Source: Nanobdellota archaeon (GTDB taxonomy: Archaea > Nanobdellota > Nanobdellia > SCGC-AAA011-G17 > JAFCDX01). From it: 64,000 bases of DNA. The notes beneath the pieces are model-generated. The model had not been told where the DNA came from, did no database searches, and saw nothing but the letters and a program-made list of their open reading frames with translations. The position numbers were made by a program, and so were the translations under genes. The first letter of the stretch is position 1; every line of letters starts with the position of its first letter. The stretch is from positions 58,584 to 122,583 of the forward strand of contig JBFMDT010000001.1 in the NCBI GenBank assembly GCA_040753775.1, given 5' to 3'. Positions 9,984-18,838 of the stretch are shown one piece after another.

Positions 9984-10914
9984 GTGATGTCCTGTAATTA
10001 GTTCACACTTATATACTATTCTATATAGTCTTCTTGAGGTGATGTTTTATGTTAAACTTTAAGAAGAAGGTATGGATAGTAAAGCAGAAAGATAAAGGAA
10101 TATTAACAGATTCTGAGATTGCTTCTGCTCAGGATGTTACAAGAAGAGCTGTACAGAAGATATATTCTATTTATAGATTAAATGGATTACAATCCCTAAA
10201 TGATAAGCCTAAAGGAAGAAGGATAGATGATATACTTTATAATCTACAACAAGAGATACTTAAGCTAAGGAAAGAGCAATACGGAGTGCATAAGATAGAA
10301 GGGTTATTAAAAAATAAGGAATTAATTATTTCCCATAACAAGATACATAGATTCCTTAAGTCTAAAGGATTAGTTAAGTTAGAGCCTAAGAAAGGAAGAA
10401 GATACAAGTATATAGATTGGGAAAGAAAACACTCTAATAGCCTCTGGCAGACTGATTATTGCTGGATTCCAAGGTATCATAAATGGATGATAGCATACGT
10501 AGATGATCATTCAAGATTATGCACTGGAGCTAGTTATACTAACGAAGCTACTACAGAAACAGCTATTAACTTGTTAGATAAAGCAATAAACAAATGGAAT
10601 AAGCCAAGAGAAGTGTTAAGTGATAGAGGATCTCAATTCTATGCTGCAAAAGGAGAGAGTTCTTATTATAAGGAGTATCTAAATAGCTTAGGGATTAAGC
10701 TAATCTATTCTTCTATTAAGAAGCCTACTACTACAGGAAAGATAGAGAGATTCTGGCTAACCCATAATACAGAGAGGTGGAGATTTAGTTCTCTAGAGAA
10801 GTTCATTAATTATTACAACTATAAGAGACTCCATATGAGCTTGGATTATCTAACACCTTATGAGGTTTACATAAGAGATTTACCTAATGTGAGAACCTAT
10901 TAGGAGACATCACA
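9984..10914 (+). mobile_element. IS element with imperfect terminal inverted repeats (TGTGATGTCcTgTAAT / rc TGTGATGTCTCCTAAT)
   Basis: Inverted repeats found by eye at 9984-10000 and 10901-10914, bracketing a DDE transposase gene. Confidence 0.6.
10049..10903 (+). CDS. DDE transposase (N-terminal HTH plus rve/integrase-core domain)
   Basis: WQTDYCWIP...DDHSRL...E catalytic-core pattern; N-terminal helix-turn-helix. Confidence 0.8.
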   Translation: MLNFKKKVWIVKQKDKGILTDSEIASAQDVTRRAVQKIYSIYRLNGLQSLNDKPKGRRIDDILYNLQQEILKLRKEQYGVHKIEGLLKNKELIISHNKIHRFLKSKGLVKLEPKKGRRYKYIDWERKHSNSLWQTDYCWIPRYHKWMIAYVDDHSRLCTGASYTNEATTETAINLLDKAINKWNKPREVLSDRGSQFYAAKGESSYYKEYLNSLGIKLIYSSIKKPTTTGKIERFWLTHNTERWRFSSLEKFINYYNYKRLHMSLDYLTPYEVYIRDLPNVRTY

Positions 10915-10974
10915 CTACAAAAAATAAACCGAAACCTTTATATATAAGTTACTACCTATTAATGACTAACAAAA

Positions 10975-12159
10975 ATGAAAAAAATAGCACTATTAATACT
11001 AGCACTTTCCTTAGTTATTGGAATAGCTAACGCTGCTCCTCCGCAAATAGACTCATTCAACCCAACAAGCCCAATAATTGTTGATGAAGGAACAATCACA
11101 CCAGTTTCTATTTATTTTTCAGACCCCGATGGAGACCCATTAACTGTCTCTATCTACTATGATGGGGAGCTGGTAGATCCAACTGCAAGTAATATTACTA
11201 TAACTCCAAACTATGCTAAAGGAGACTTTTATCCTGACTCTTCTGCAATAGGAAATCATAATATAAAAGTAACCGTATCAGATGGGACTTCAGAAGTTTT
11301 TCAAGAATGGGATGTAACTGTCAATGATGTAAATATTGCCCCAAAAATAACTTTTCCTAGCCAAGATAGTAAAATGAAGTTTTTTGAGGATTTTAACAGT
11401 GGATTATTTGCTATTTCGGCAGTTGATGCTGATGGAGACCCTATAACCTATTCAGCAAGCAATTTACCATCAGGAGCCACTTTTGATCCTTTAACACACA
11501 TGTTGTTATGGACTCCAACAGCTGGCCAAAGGGGAGAATATCAAATAACCTTAACTGCATCTGATGGAGCACTAAGCTCGTCTATAGACTTAATTTTAGT
11601 AGTCAATAGGCCGCCAGTAATAGAAAATTTCGACCCTTCTAGCGAATTAACAATAAGTGAGGGAGATTCTCTTACATTATCGCAAGATGTCACTGATGCT
11701 GATGGAGACCAAATAATGTACAGCTGGATACTAGATGGCACTCCTGTATCAGATAGAAATTATTATACATATTCTCCTGATTACAACAGCCAGGGAAATC
11801 ATGTTCTTGAATTTATAGCAACAGATGGAAAGTTAAGTACAAATAAAATATGGACAGTTATTGTTAATGATGTTAATCCGCCATCAGGAGGTGGGGGAGG
11901 CGGAAGCAGCAATGTTGAATCAAGCGCAGGAATGATTGTTATTGCACCAGAAACACCATCATCAATGCCTTTATCAGAACAACCAGTAGAAGAAACAAAG
12001 AATAAAGCAAGCGCTCCTCAAACTGTACAAGAACAATCCCCTATTACAGGCTTTGCTATATTAACAAATGCCATTTCAAATAATCCAATAATATCTGTAT
12101 TGGTCTTGATATTGATAATTGCATTAATAACAGGTATCTATTGGTACAAGAAGCATTAG
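10975..12159 (+). CDS. cell-surface protein with cadherin/PKD-like repeats, poly-Gly linker and C-terminal TM anchor
   Basis: Signal peptide; repeated D-x-DGD motifs and W-x-VTVNDVN modules; GGGGGGS linker; C-terminal hydrophobic helix plus KKH tail. Confidence 0.6.
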   Translation: MKKIALLILALSLVIGIANAAPPQIDSFNPTSPIIVDEGTITPVSIYFSDPDGDPLTVSIYYDGELVDPTASNITITPNYAKGDFYPDSSAIGNHNIKVTVSDGTSEVFQEWDVTVNDVNIAPKITFPSQDSKMKFFEDFNSGLFAISAVDADGDPITYSASNLPSGATFDPLTHMLLWTPTAGQRGEYQITLTASDGALSSSIDLILVVNRPPVIENFDPSSELTISEGDSLTLSQDVTDADGDQIMYSWILDGTPVSDRNYYTYSPDYNSQGNHVLEFIATDGKLSTNKIWTVIVNDVNPPSGGGGGGSSNVESSAGMIVIAPETPSSMPLSEQPVEETKNKASAPQTVQEQSPITGFAILTNAISNNPIISVLVLILIIALITGIYWYKKH

Positions 12160-12488
12160 AGTTTTGTTTTGATGTTCTGTATTTCTATCAGCTCAGGCTT
12201 GCATTTGTCTATTAAAGGCAATAATTCATCTGCAAGCTCTCCGCTTTCTTCTGCTTGATGGTCAAACTCAAGAAATTCCTTTAATGTATACCTCACCTGT
12301 AATTTGTTCAAAATGCAGCTGCAATACTTGTCTGCTGTTTCTTTTGAGGGTCCGTATATTGTTCCAAATGCCCCAATCCTGCAGTTATTCATGAAATTAT
12401 TAACAACATCTCCCGGATATTCATTCTTTTTGTTGCAAGCGCTATATAAAAGAATAAATGATGCAACAATATTGATAAGCTGTTTCAT
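12156..12488 (-). CDS. small lipoprotein, hypothetical
   Basis: Signal peptide with lipobox (LYSAC). Confidence 0.4.
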   Translation of the reverse strand: MKQLINIVASFILLYSACNKKNEYPGDVVNNFMNNCRIGAFGTIYGPSKETADKYCSCILNKLQVRYTLKEFLEFDHQAEESGELADELLPLIDKCKPELIEIQNIKTKL

Positions 12489-12572
12489 TATGTAACGCTA
12501 TTAACATACCTATTTAAATCTTTAGGAAAAATAATCAAAAATCTTAAATATTAGCTAATCTTATTAAAAACA

Positions 12573-13268
12573 ATGAAATATCCAAAATTATTGATTATAT
12601 TGCTTCTTATTCCTTTAGTCTTATTTATAGCAGCATGTGAACAAGCACAGCAAAAACAGCAGGAAGAAAAAGTAGTTAATACATGCGATGATAATAACCC
12701 ATGCACAGATGACGTATTTAATGAAAAGACCATGCAGTGCGAGCACAACAAGCTTTCAAAATGCTGCGGCAACAGGATATGCGAAGAGGGTGAGCGCTGC
12801 AATCCAGAAGTAGGTTATACAATATGTTCATCTGACTGTCCTTTAGAATGCCCTGCAAAAGCTACCGTATCAAAATTCAGCTGTGCAACGTCAAAATGCC
12901 AGCAAACATCTGAAAATACCTTTACTATAACTGACTCAAGCGTGATTGAAGCTGACTTGGAAAACATAGGCGAGCGCGGGACTGACTTAATAACATCAAG
13001 GTTCAAGTGCGGCAAAGGTGAAACAGATTTGGTTAGCCATGACAAGGATAATTTGTTTGGAATAAGCTTCAGGGACTACTTCAATAATAACGAAGATACT
13101 ATTTATTTAAGCGGCCGTCAATCAGAAACAGGCGGAAACAAAGCTAAGTACAAGTTTGCATTTGACATAACAAAATTGGAAAAAGCAACAGACCTTGATT
13201 GTGAAATAAGCCTGCAGGCAATACCAGCATTAAACAATATACAAACAGTACACTTGTCCTTTAAATAA
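12573..13268 (+). CDS. Cys-rich lipoprotein, hypothetical
   Basis: Lipobox (FIAAC); about 20 Cys residues in an EGF/disulfide-rich-like pattern. Confidence 0.4.
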   Translation: MKYPKLLIILLLIPLVLFIAACEQAQQKQQEEKVVNTCDDNNPCTDDVFNEKTMQCEHNKLSKCCGNRICEEGERCNPEVGYTICSSDCPLECPAKATVSKFSCATSKCQQTSENTFTITDSSVIEADLENIGERGTDLITSRFKCGKGETDLVSHDKDNLFGISFRDYFNNNEDTIYLSGRQSETGGNKAKYKFAFDITKLEKATDLDCEISLQAIPALNNIQTVHLSFK

Positions 13269-13599
13269 TTTTTAATTTTCCAGTTATCTTATCTATCTTT
13301 TCTCCTTCATCAGGGCCGATAGCAAGGCAAGTTACAGTTCCTGGTTCTACCTCAGTCCTTCCAGAATCTCTTATCAAAGCTGTGATTAACCCAGAATCAT
13401 CTGCCATTCCTTTATATTTGAGCAGTTCATCTAGGTCCTTGACTTTTAGAATAACCTTCTTCATCCCATCTTTTCTCCATTTTTCAATAATTCTTTTGTC
13501 AGACTTAAGAACGCCTTCAACAGAAGCATGGCTTACTTGACTTGACATCTTTCCCCTGCTTAATTTTAAATCGCTTCTAACCAAAATAACCTGCTTCAT
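13261..13599 (-). CDS. pth2: peptidyl-tRNA hydrolase, archaeal/eukaryotic type
   Basis: Pth2 family features (MKQVILVRSDLKLSRGK...AIGP). Confidence 0.85.
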   Translation of the reverse strand: MKQVILVRSDLKLSRGKMSSQVSHASVEGVLKSDKRIIEKWRKDGMKKVILKVKDLDELLKYKGMADDSGLITALIRDSGRTEVEPGTVTCLAIGPDEGEKIDKITGKLKII

Positions 13600-13773
13600 A
13601 AATTAAAATAAAATTTTAAACTTATAAATGTTTCCAAAAAAAGAAAAAGTAATGCGCTAGGCTTAGATTGATTCCGAAGAACCAAGGTAATACCGAAGTA
13701 TAACCTGTATCTAAGTTGCCTGCACTAATAACAATTTAATAAAGCAACAATCGTATTTAAAGCTTATGGTTGC

Positions 13774-14421
13774 TTATCTTGACTTAACAACGCCAACTCT
13801 TTTGCAGTATTTTACCACAGGGCATTTGGAGCAGAACGGATTCATAGGAACACATATATTTTTCCCATGCAAGATGAACAACCCGTTAAGCTCTCTCCAA
13901 TATTTCTTAGGAATAATTTTAATTAATTCCCTTTCAGTCTGCTCTGCATTTTTAGTTCTAACCCAGCCTAGTCTGTTAACTATTCTATGGACATTAACAT
14001 CAACAGGTATAACATCTTTCCTATAAGCAAAGCATAAAACAATATTAGCCGTCTTTCTTCCTATACCCTTAATGCTTAACAGCTCCTTTTCAGTATCAGG
14101 AACCCCCCCATTATATTTTTCAAGAATAACATTGGCAACATGCTTGATAGTCCTTGCCTTATTTTTATAATATCCAGAGCTATAAACTATTTTTTCTAAT
14201 CTTTTAACATCCATTCTTGCTATTTTCTCGGGCGTGTCTGCAATCTTGAAAAGCTCTCTTGAAATCCTCTCTGTTGTTTCATCCCTTGTCCTTAGGGAAA
14301 TCAGGCAGGAAATAAGAATCTTAAACGCATTTGGCCTTTCCCTCATTCTATTCAAGGTTGTTCTTCTTTCTTTTTTGTAATAACCTTCTAAAGTAGTTAT
14401 AACCCCGGCTAAATTGTTCAT
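13774..14421 (-). CDS. nth: endonuclease III (DNA glycosylase/AP lyase)
   Basis: HhH-GPD fold with C-terminal 4Fe-4S cluster C-x6-C-x2-C-x5-C (CVPMNPFCSKCPVVKYC). Confidence 0.9.
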   Translation of the reverse strand: MNNLAGVITTLEGYYKKERRTTLNRMRERPNAFKILISCLISLRTRDETTERISRELFKIADTPEKIARMDVKRLEKIVYSSGYYKNKARTIKHVANVILEKYNGGVPDTEKELLSIKGIGRKTANIVLCFAYRKDVIPVDVNVHRIVNRLGWVRTKNAEQTERELIKIIPKKYWRELNGLFILHGKNICVPMNPFCSKCPVVKYCKRVGVVKSR

Positions 14422-14451
14422 ATTCTAATAAATCCAAGATGTCTTATAAAT

Positions 14452-15036
14452 TTATTCCTTGTCAAACCTCTTGGTGACAACATCCCAGTCAATAACACCA
14501 AAAAAATTCTCAATATAATCTGCCTTTTTTATGCCGTAATCAGTCATGTATGCGTGCTCAAAAACATCCATTACTAAAATTAGAATCCCTCCAGAAAGAT
14601 GCCCAACGTCATGTTCATTAATCCAAACATTAAATAGTCTATTTGCCTTTTTATCATAATATAATATAACCCATCCAATCCCCCTCATTGCAGCCATTGC
14701 TTTAAACTCTTTTTCCCAGTTCTCGTAGCTTCCAAAATCCTCTATAATCTTCTTAAATAATTTTGAATTCTTATTAAGTTTTTTATTGCTTTTGCAAAGA
14801 TTTCCAAAGTAATATTCATGTAGCTTCATTCCATTAAATTCCCAGCCAAACCTGCGTTTTAGTTCAGCAAATTCCAGAATAGTTGTTTTCCCCTCTTTAA
14901 GCATTGCAGTTAAAGAATCTATTAATTTGTTTGTATTTGTAACATATCCTTGGTAAAGGGCAAAATGATTTCTTAAAAGCTGCTCACTAAATCCCTTTAT
15001 TCCTATTAAATTCTCAAAATTTTTTAGTTCATACAT
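14452..15036 (-). CDS. sod: Fe/Mn superoxide dismutase
   Basis: DVFEHAYM signature; both N- and C-terminal SOD domains present. Confidence 0.85.
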   Translation of the reverse strand: MYELKNFENLIGIKGFSEQLLRNHFALYQGYVTNTNKLIDSLTAMLKEGKTTILEFAELKRRFGWEFNGMKLHEYYFGNLCKSNKKLNKNSKLFKKIIEDFGSYENWEKEFKAMAAMRGIGWVILYYDKKANRLFNVWINEHDVGHLSGGILILVMDVFEHAYMTDYGIKKADYIENFFGVIDWDVVTKRFDKE

Positions 15037-15037
15037 T

Positions 15038-15601
15038 CTAAATCCTTCCTACTAAATTTAGTCCAGGTTTTAAAGTTTTCTTTCCAGGCTCCCAGCTTGC
15101 AGGGCATACTAATCCCTTGTTTTCCTTTACAAACTTAGCTGCCCGAAGTTTTCTCAAGAGTTCTCTGGCATTTCTTCCAATGCTATTATCATGAATCTCA
15201 AAAGCCTTTAATATTCCATCTGGATCTATAATAAAGCTTCCTCTAAGAGAAATGCCTTCATTTTCAATATAAGTTCCGAATTCCCTGCAAAGTTTCCCAG
15301 TCGGATCTGCTACCATTGGGAATCTTATTTTTTTTATGGCCTTTGAATTATCATGCCATGCCTTGTGTACAAAAGTAGTATCTGTGCTGATGCTTAATAT
15401 CTCTGCATTTAATTTTTTGAATTCATCATAAAAGTCAGCTGCTTCTTCAAGTTCTGTAGGGCAAATAAACGTAAAATCAGCAGGATAAAACATTAAAATC
15501 AGCCATTTGCCTTTGTAGTCCGAAAGCCTGATCTTTTTTATACAATTTTCATAAAAGGCTTCTATTTCAAAATCAGGAATTTTCTCTCCTACTTTTACCA
15601 T
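15038..15601 (-). CDS. peroxiredoxin (thiol peroxidase, AhpC/Prx family)
   Basis: FTFICPTE peroxidatic-Cys motif. Confidence 0.9.
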   Translation of the reverse strand: MVKVGEKIPDFEIEAFYENCIKKIRLSDYKGKWLILMFYPADFTFICPTELEEAADFYDEFKKLNAEILSISTDTTFVHKAWHDNSKAIKKIRFPMVADPTGKLCREFGTYIENEGISLRGSFIIDPDGILKAFEIHDNSIGRNARELLRKLRAAKFVKENKGLVCPASWEPGKKTLKPGLNLVGRI

Positions 15602-15636
15602 TTCAGATCTCTAGCACTTTCTTCTTTTTCTTTTTT

Positions 15637-16014
15637 TCATTTTTCCAGGCATTTTTCACATAAACCATTAAAATTAACAACAGCATTGTCCACCCTTACG
15701 CCTTTATAGTTATCTTTTACATCCTCCACAAACCTTTTAGGAAGCCTTGCCATTAAATCTAGTATCCTGCCACACTTGCTGCACATGAAATGGTGATGCT
15801 CTGTTAAATCCCCATCAAAATGAGCTTTTTCAGCGGTATCTATCTCTAAAATCAACCCATTTTTCTTCAATATCTGCAAATTCCTATAAACAGTCCCTGG
15901 GCTTATCCTGCTTAGCTTTTTCCTTACTTCTTTGTATACATCTTCTGCAGTAGGGTGGCTCTTTACGCTCTTAACATAATTTAGTATTTCTTGCCTCTGG
16001 CTTGTCATTTTCAT
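15637..16014 (-). CDS. Fur-family metalloregulator (PerR/Fur-like)
   Basis: Winged helix plus HHHF and CSKCG metal-binding motifs. Confidence 0.85.
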   Translation of the reverse strand: MKMTSQRQEILNYVKSVKSHPTAEDVYKEVRKKLSRISPGTVYRNLQILKKNGLILEIDTAEKAHFDGDLTEHHHFMCSKCGRILDLMARLPKRFVEDVKDNYKGVRVDNAVVNFNGLCEKCLEK

Positions 16015-16065
16015 TTTGATAACTATTCCTAATTAAGAATAACTTCTATTTAAACTTTTCCTTTT

Positions 16066-16914
16066 CTATTTTAAGTGGAATTCAACCACGTCCCCCTCAT
16101 CCAAAATATGGTTAAGCTTTACCATCTGCCCATCAAATTTTGCACTTTTGCCCCATACCTTTGCATAATTAAACTTGTTCAAAAAATCCTTGTGAATGTG
16201 CATTGCTAAATCCTTTACAGTTGCATTTATCCTAAGGGCAACAGGTGGAAAATCAGGCTTCTTGCCAGGTTGCTTTGTATATACATAAATAAGCCTCAAG
16301 GATTTCCATATGATATTTTTTAAGTTTTCTGTCTCTTCATTTCCATCATAATAAACAATAGGAAGCTCTATGTTGTTTTTGTAAAGCTCCTTCAGCACCA
16401 TTCCTCTATCATCCTCATTCCTGTAGGTTAAAATAATTAAATCAGACTCTTTTATTATGCTCAAGAAATACCCGCCTCTTTCCTTGTAATAAAAGTTCTC
16501 AACCACAGCAGGGATCTCTATAATCTGTATCTTTATTCCCTTGTAGTCCATCATCCCTACTTCAAGCTCTTTTGTGGTAAACTCATGCTCTGCTATTTTT
16601 GGCCTGGCGTTTGTGAGCTTGCTTAGCAACAAGGACTTTCCAGACATTGTAACGCCAATGATAGTAATCCTTGCTGCCCCCTCCTTCTTAATACCAACCT
16701 GCTTTGTACCCTTTTTCTTTGTTTTTTGCTTTTCTAGTTGTTCTTTTAGCTTTGCTATCTTCTGTTTTATATCAAGCCTTAAAGTCTCAGCACCCTTATG
16801 GCTTGGCGCTTTTGAGAGCATTTCTTCTAATGCCAAGATTTTTTCCTCTATTGTTTTTGCCTGCATATATTTTTTCTGCACATTTGTAAATTCAACAGTT
16901 ACATTCGCTGGCAT
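16066..16914 (-). CDS. DRG-like GTP-binding protein with C-terminal TGS domain and degenerate G motifs
   Basis: P-loop GVTMSGKS; the C-terminus (IYVYTKQPGKKPDFPP...VWGKSAKFDGQMV...DGDVVEF) resembles the DRG/TGS region; G3 motif not recognisable. Confidence 0.55.
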   Translation of the reverse strand: MPANVTVEFTNVQKKYMQAKTIEEKILALEEMLSKAPSHKGAETLRLDIKQKIAKLKEQLEKQKTKKKGTKQVGIKKEGAARITIIGVTMSGKSLLLSKLTNARPKIAEHEFTTKELEVGMMDYKGIKIQIIEIPAVVENFYYKERGGYFLSIIKESDLIILTYRNEDDRGMVLKELYKNNIELPIVYYDGNEETENLKNIIWKSLRLIYVYTKQPGKKPDFPPVALRINATVKDLAMHIHKDFLNKFNYAKVWGKSAKFDGQMVKLNHILDEGDVVEFHLK

Positions 16915-16959
16915 ATCAATTACAAGACAACTTCATTTTTAAGTATTTTCTTTTTCAGA

Positions 16960-17093
16960 TTTTCCTAAAAAGGCTCTTATTTATTTTTCGCGAACCTTTT
17001 TCCTAAAAAGGCTCTTATTTATTTTTCGCGAACCTTTTTCCTAAAAAGGCTCTTATTTATTTTTCGCGAACCTTTTTCCTAAAAAGGCTCTTT
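16960..17093. repeat. 38-bp tandem repeat, ~3.4 copies (cctaaaaaggctcttatttatttttcgcgaaccttttt)
   Basis: Period 38 confirmed by positions of cctaaaaagg at 16964, 17002, 17040 and 17078; lies in the divergent intergenic region between the DRG-like and MscS genes. Confidence 0.9.
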
Positions 17094-17129
17094 CATAATC
17101 TTTTTAAATACATTTTTCATAACAAAAGC

Positions 17130-17672
17130 ATGGCATTAAGCTTATTCAACAACATAATCACAGAAACAATAGTCAACCTAATGGCATCCATTCTCATCCT
17201 TCTTATAGGTCTTATCATAGGAAGGTTTGCTGGAAAGCTCATCAAAAAGGTTCTTTCCGAGCTCAATGTCAATGTAATACTAAAAAAGGAATCTAGAATT
17301 AAAATACCCTTCGAGGAATTTATAAGCATGTTGGTAAAATATATAATCTACTTTATTGCCTTGATTATTGCTTTAAACCAGCTTGGCCTAACAACAATAG
17401 TCTTTTATATAACCCTTACTGTAATCTTCATTTTAATAGGCATATTTATTATACTGGCTGTAAAGGATTTTATCCCAAACATAGTTGCTGGTTTAATGCT
17501 GCATCAAAAAGATTCTATAAAGCTCGGTGATAAAATAAGGGTCAAGGGTGTTGAGGGAAAAATAGTTCACATAAGCCTAACTGAAACAAAAATAAAAACC
17601 AAAGATAATGACATAATATTTATTCCGAACATTGCAATGATAAAAAATGAGGTGGTAAAGTTAAGAAAATAA
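17130..17672 (+). CDS. small-conductance mechanosensitive channel (MscS family, short form)
   Basis: 3 TM helices followed by the MscS beta-domain pattern (IRVKGVEGKIVHISLTETKIKTKDNDIIFIPN). Confidence 0.6.
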   Translation: MALSLFNNIITETIVNLMASILILLIGLIIGRFAGKLIKKVLSELNVNVILKKESRIKIPFEEFISMLVKYIIYFIALIIALNQLGLTTIVFYITLTVIFILIGIFIILAVKDFIPNIVAGLMLHQKDSIKLGDKIRVKGVEGKIVHISLTETKIKTKDNDIIFIPNIAMIKNEVVKLRK

Positions 17673-17673
17673 G

Positions 17674-18279
17674 TTATTCAACAACAAAATCTTCTATCTT
17701 ATACTTAAATTCCTTGTCTGATTTTATAAGCTTCCTGTTGACAAGGTAGCTTTTTGTAAGTATCCAGAATATTAAGCCCAAGCTGTTTCTCCCCTTGTTA
17801 TTGCATGGTACAACAAGGTCAACATACTTTGCATCATTATTTGTATCGCATAGCGCAATAACAGGAACGGAATTCTTGTACGAATCAATGACAGCATTCT
17901 TGTCAGGCCCTGGGTCTACAACAAGAATAAGCCTTGCTTCCATAAAATTATCAAGCTCGACATTGGTCATTATGCCTGCAGGATACTTTCCAGTTACAAC
18001 TCTTATCCCGGTAAGCTTGCCCATAAGGTTTGCAGCATGCCATCCATTCTCTCTTCTGCATATAATGAGAATGTCCTCGGGCTTGTATTGGCTTAAAAAT
18101 TTGGAAGCTATGCCTATTCTTCTGTCAATATCTTGCACATTAAGCACGCTGAGCCCGTCATCCCTTATCTTATAGACAAAATGCTTCGTATCTTTTGTTC
18201 TGAACTTTGTTCCTATATGTATGCCTGCCTTTAGGTATTCATCTAAAGCTACTAATAACTTGTTTTCAGCCATAAGCAA
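17674..18279 (-). CDS. rps2: 30S ribosomal protein uS2
   Basis: Strong match to archaeal S2 (LLVALDEYLKAGIHIGT...). Confidence 0.9.
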   Translation of the reverse strand: MLMAENKLLVALDEYLKAGIHIGTKFRTKDTKHFVYKIRDDGLSVLNVQDIDRRIGIASKFLSQYKPEDILIICRRENGWHAANLMGKLTGIRVVTGKYPAGIMTNVELDNFMEARLILVVDPGPDKNAVIDSYKNSVPVIALCDTNNDAKYVDLVVPCNNKGRNSLGLIFWILTKSYLVNRKLIKSDKEFKYKIEDFVVE

Positions 18280-18541
18280 AAAAGAAGTATAACACTATTT
18301 AAACATTTCGATAAATATTTTCTTTTCTAAAACGACAGATTTAAATATAAAAAGAATAATCATATTTTTGAGAGGTGATTAAAATGACATTGTGGCCTTT
18401 TAAAACTACTAATTCTCAAAAATATGTATCTCTTGCAGTTTTGATTGGAGGTATATTACTGATATTTAGTTTAGAAAATTTATTAGTAGGAGCAATTTTA
18501 TCTTTAATAGGGTTAGTATACCTTCTAGATACAATATAAAA

Positions 18542-18781
18542 ATGGATAAAGGATTGATTCAAAAGAATTTGTACGACCTAGAATATAATAAAGTATTAAA
18601 TTTGTATAATATTACAATGGTTTTAATTGGGACACTTATTATAAGTATTATATTAAGCAACTATGATCAAAATACAAAAGTTTTAACTATTTTCTTCTCT
18701 GGTTTGCTTAGTATTTACTTCAGACATATATTCAATAAGGAATTAGAAAATATAAAAGGAAGAATGAAAACTTTAAAATAA
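18542..18781 (+). CDS. small hypothetical membrane protein
   Basis: ORF with 2 TM helices; no family recognised. Confidence 0.3.
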   Translation: MDKGLIQKNLYDLEYNKVLNLYNITMVLIGTLIISIILSNYDQNTKVLTIFFSGLLSIYFRHIFNKELENIKGRMKTLK

Positions 18782-18838
18782 AATTTCTAAAATTATAATA
18801 GGCAAAATTAAAATTATTAAAATAAAAAAGAAAAAGAT

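Noticed and set aside
12010-12159. PGF-CTERM archaeosortase signal on the surface protein
   Set aside because: The terminus reads PITGFA-TM-KKH, not a strict PGF motif with an Arg-rich tail. It is reported only as PGF-CTERM-like.
16574-16942. 122-aa and 61-aa ORFs antisense to the DRG-like GTPase
   Set aside because: They overlap a conserved gene and are hydrophobic low-complexity antisense artefacts.
16960-17093. Possible CRISPR array
   Set aside because: The units are contiguous 38-bp tandem copies with no intervening unique spacers, and no cas genes are nearby.
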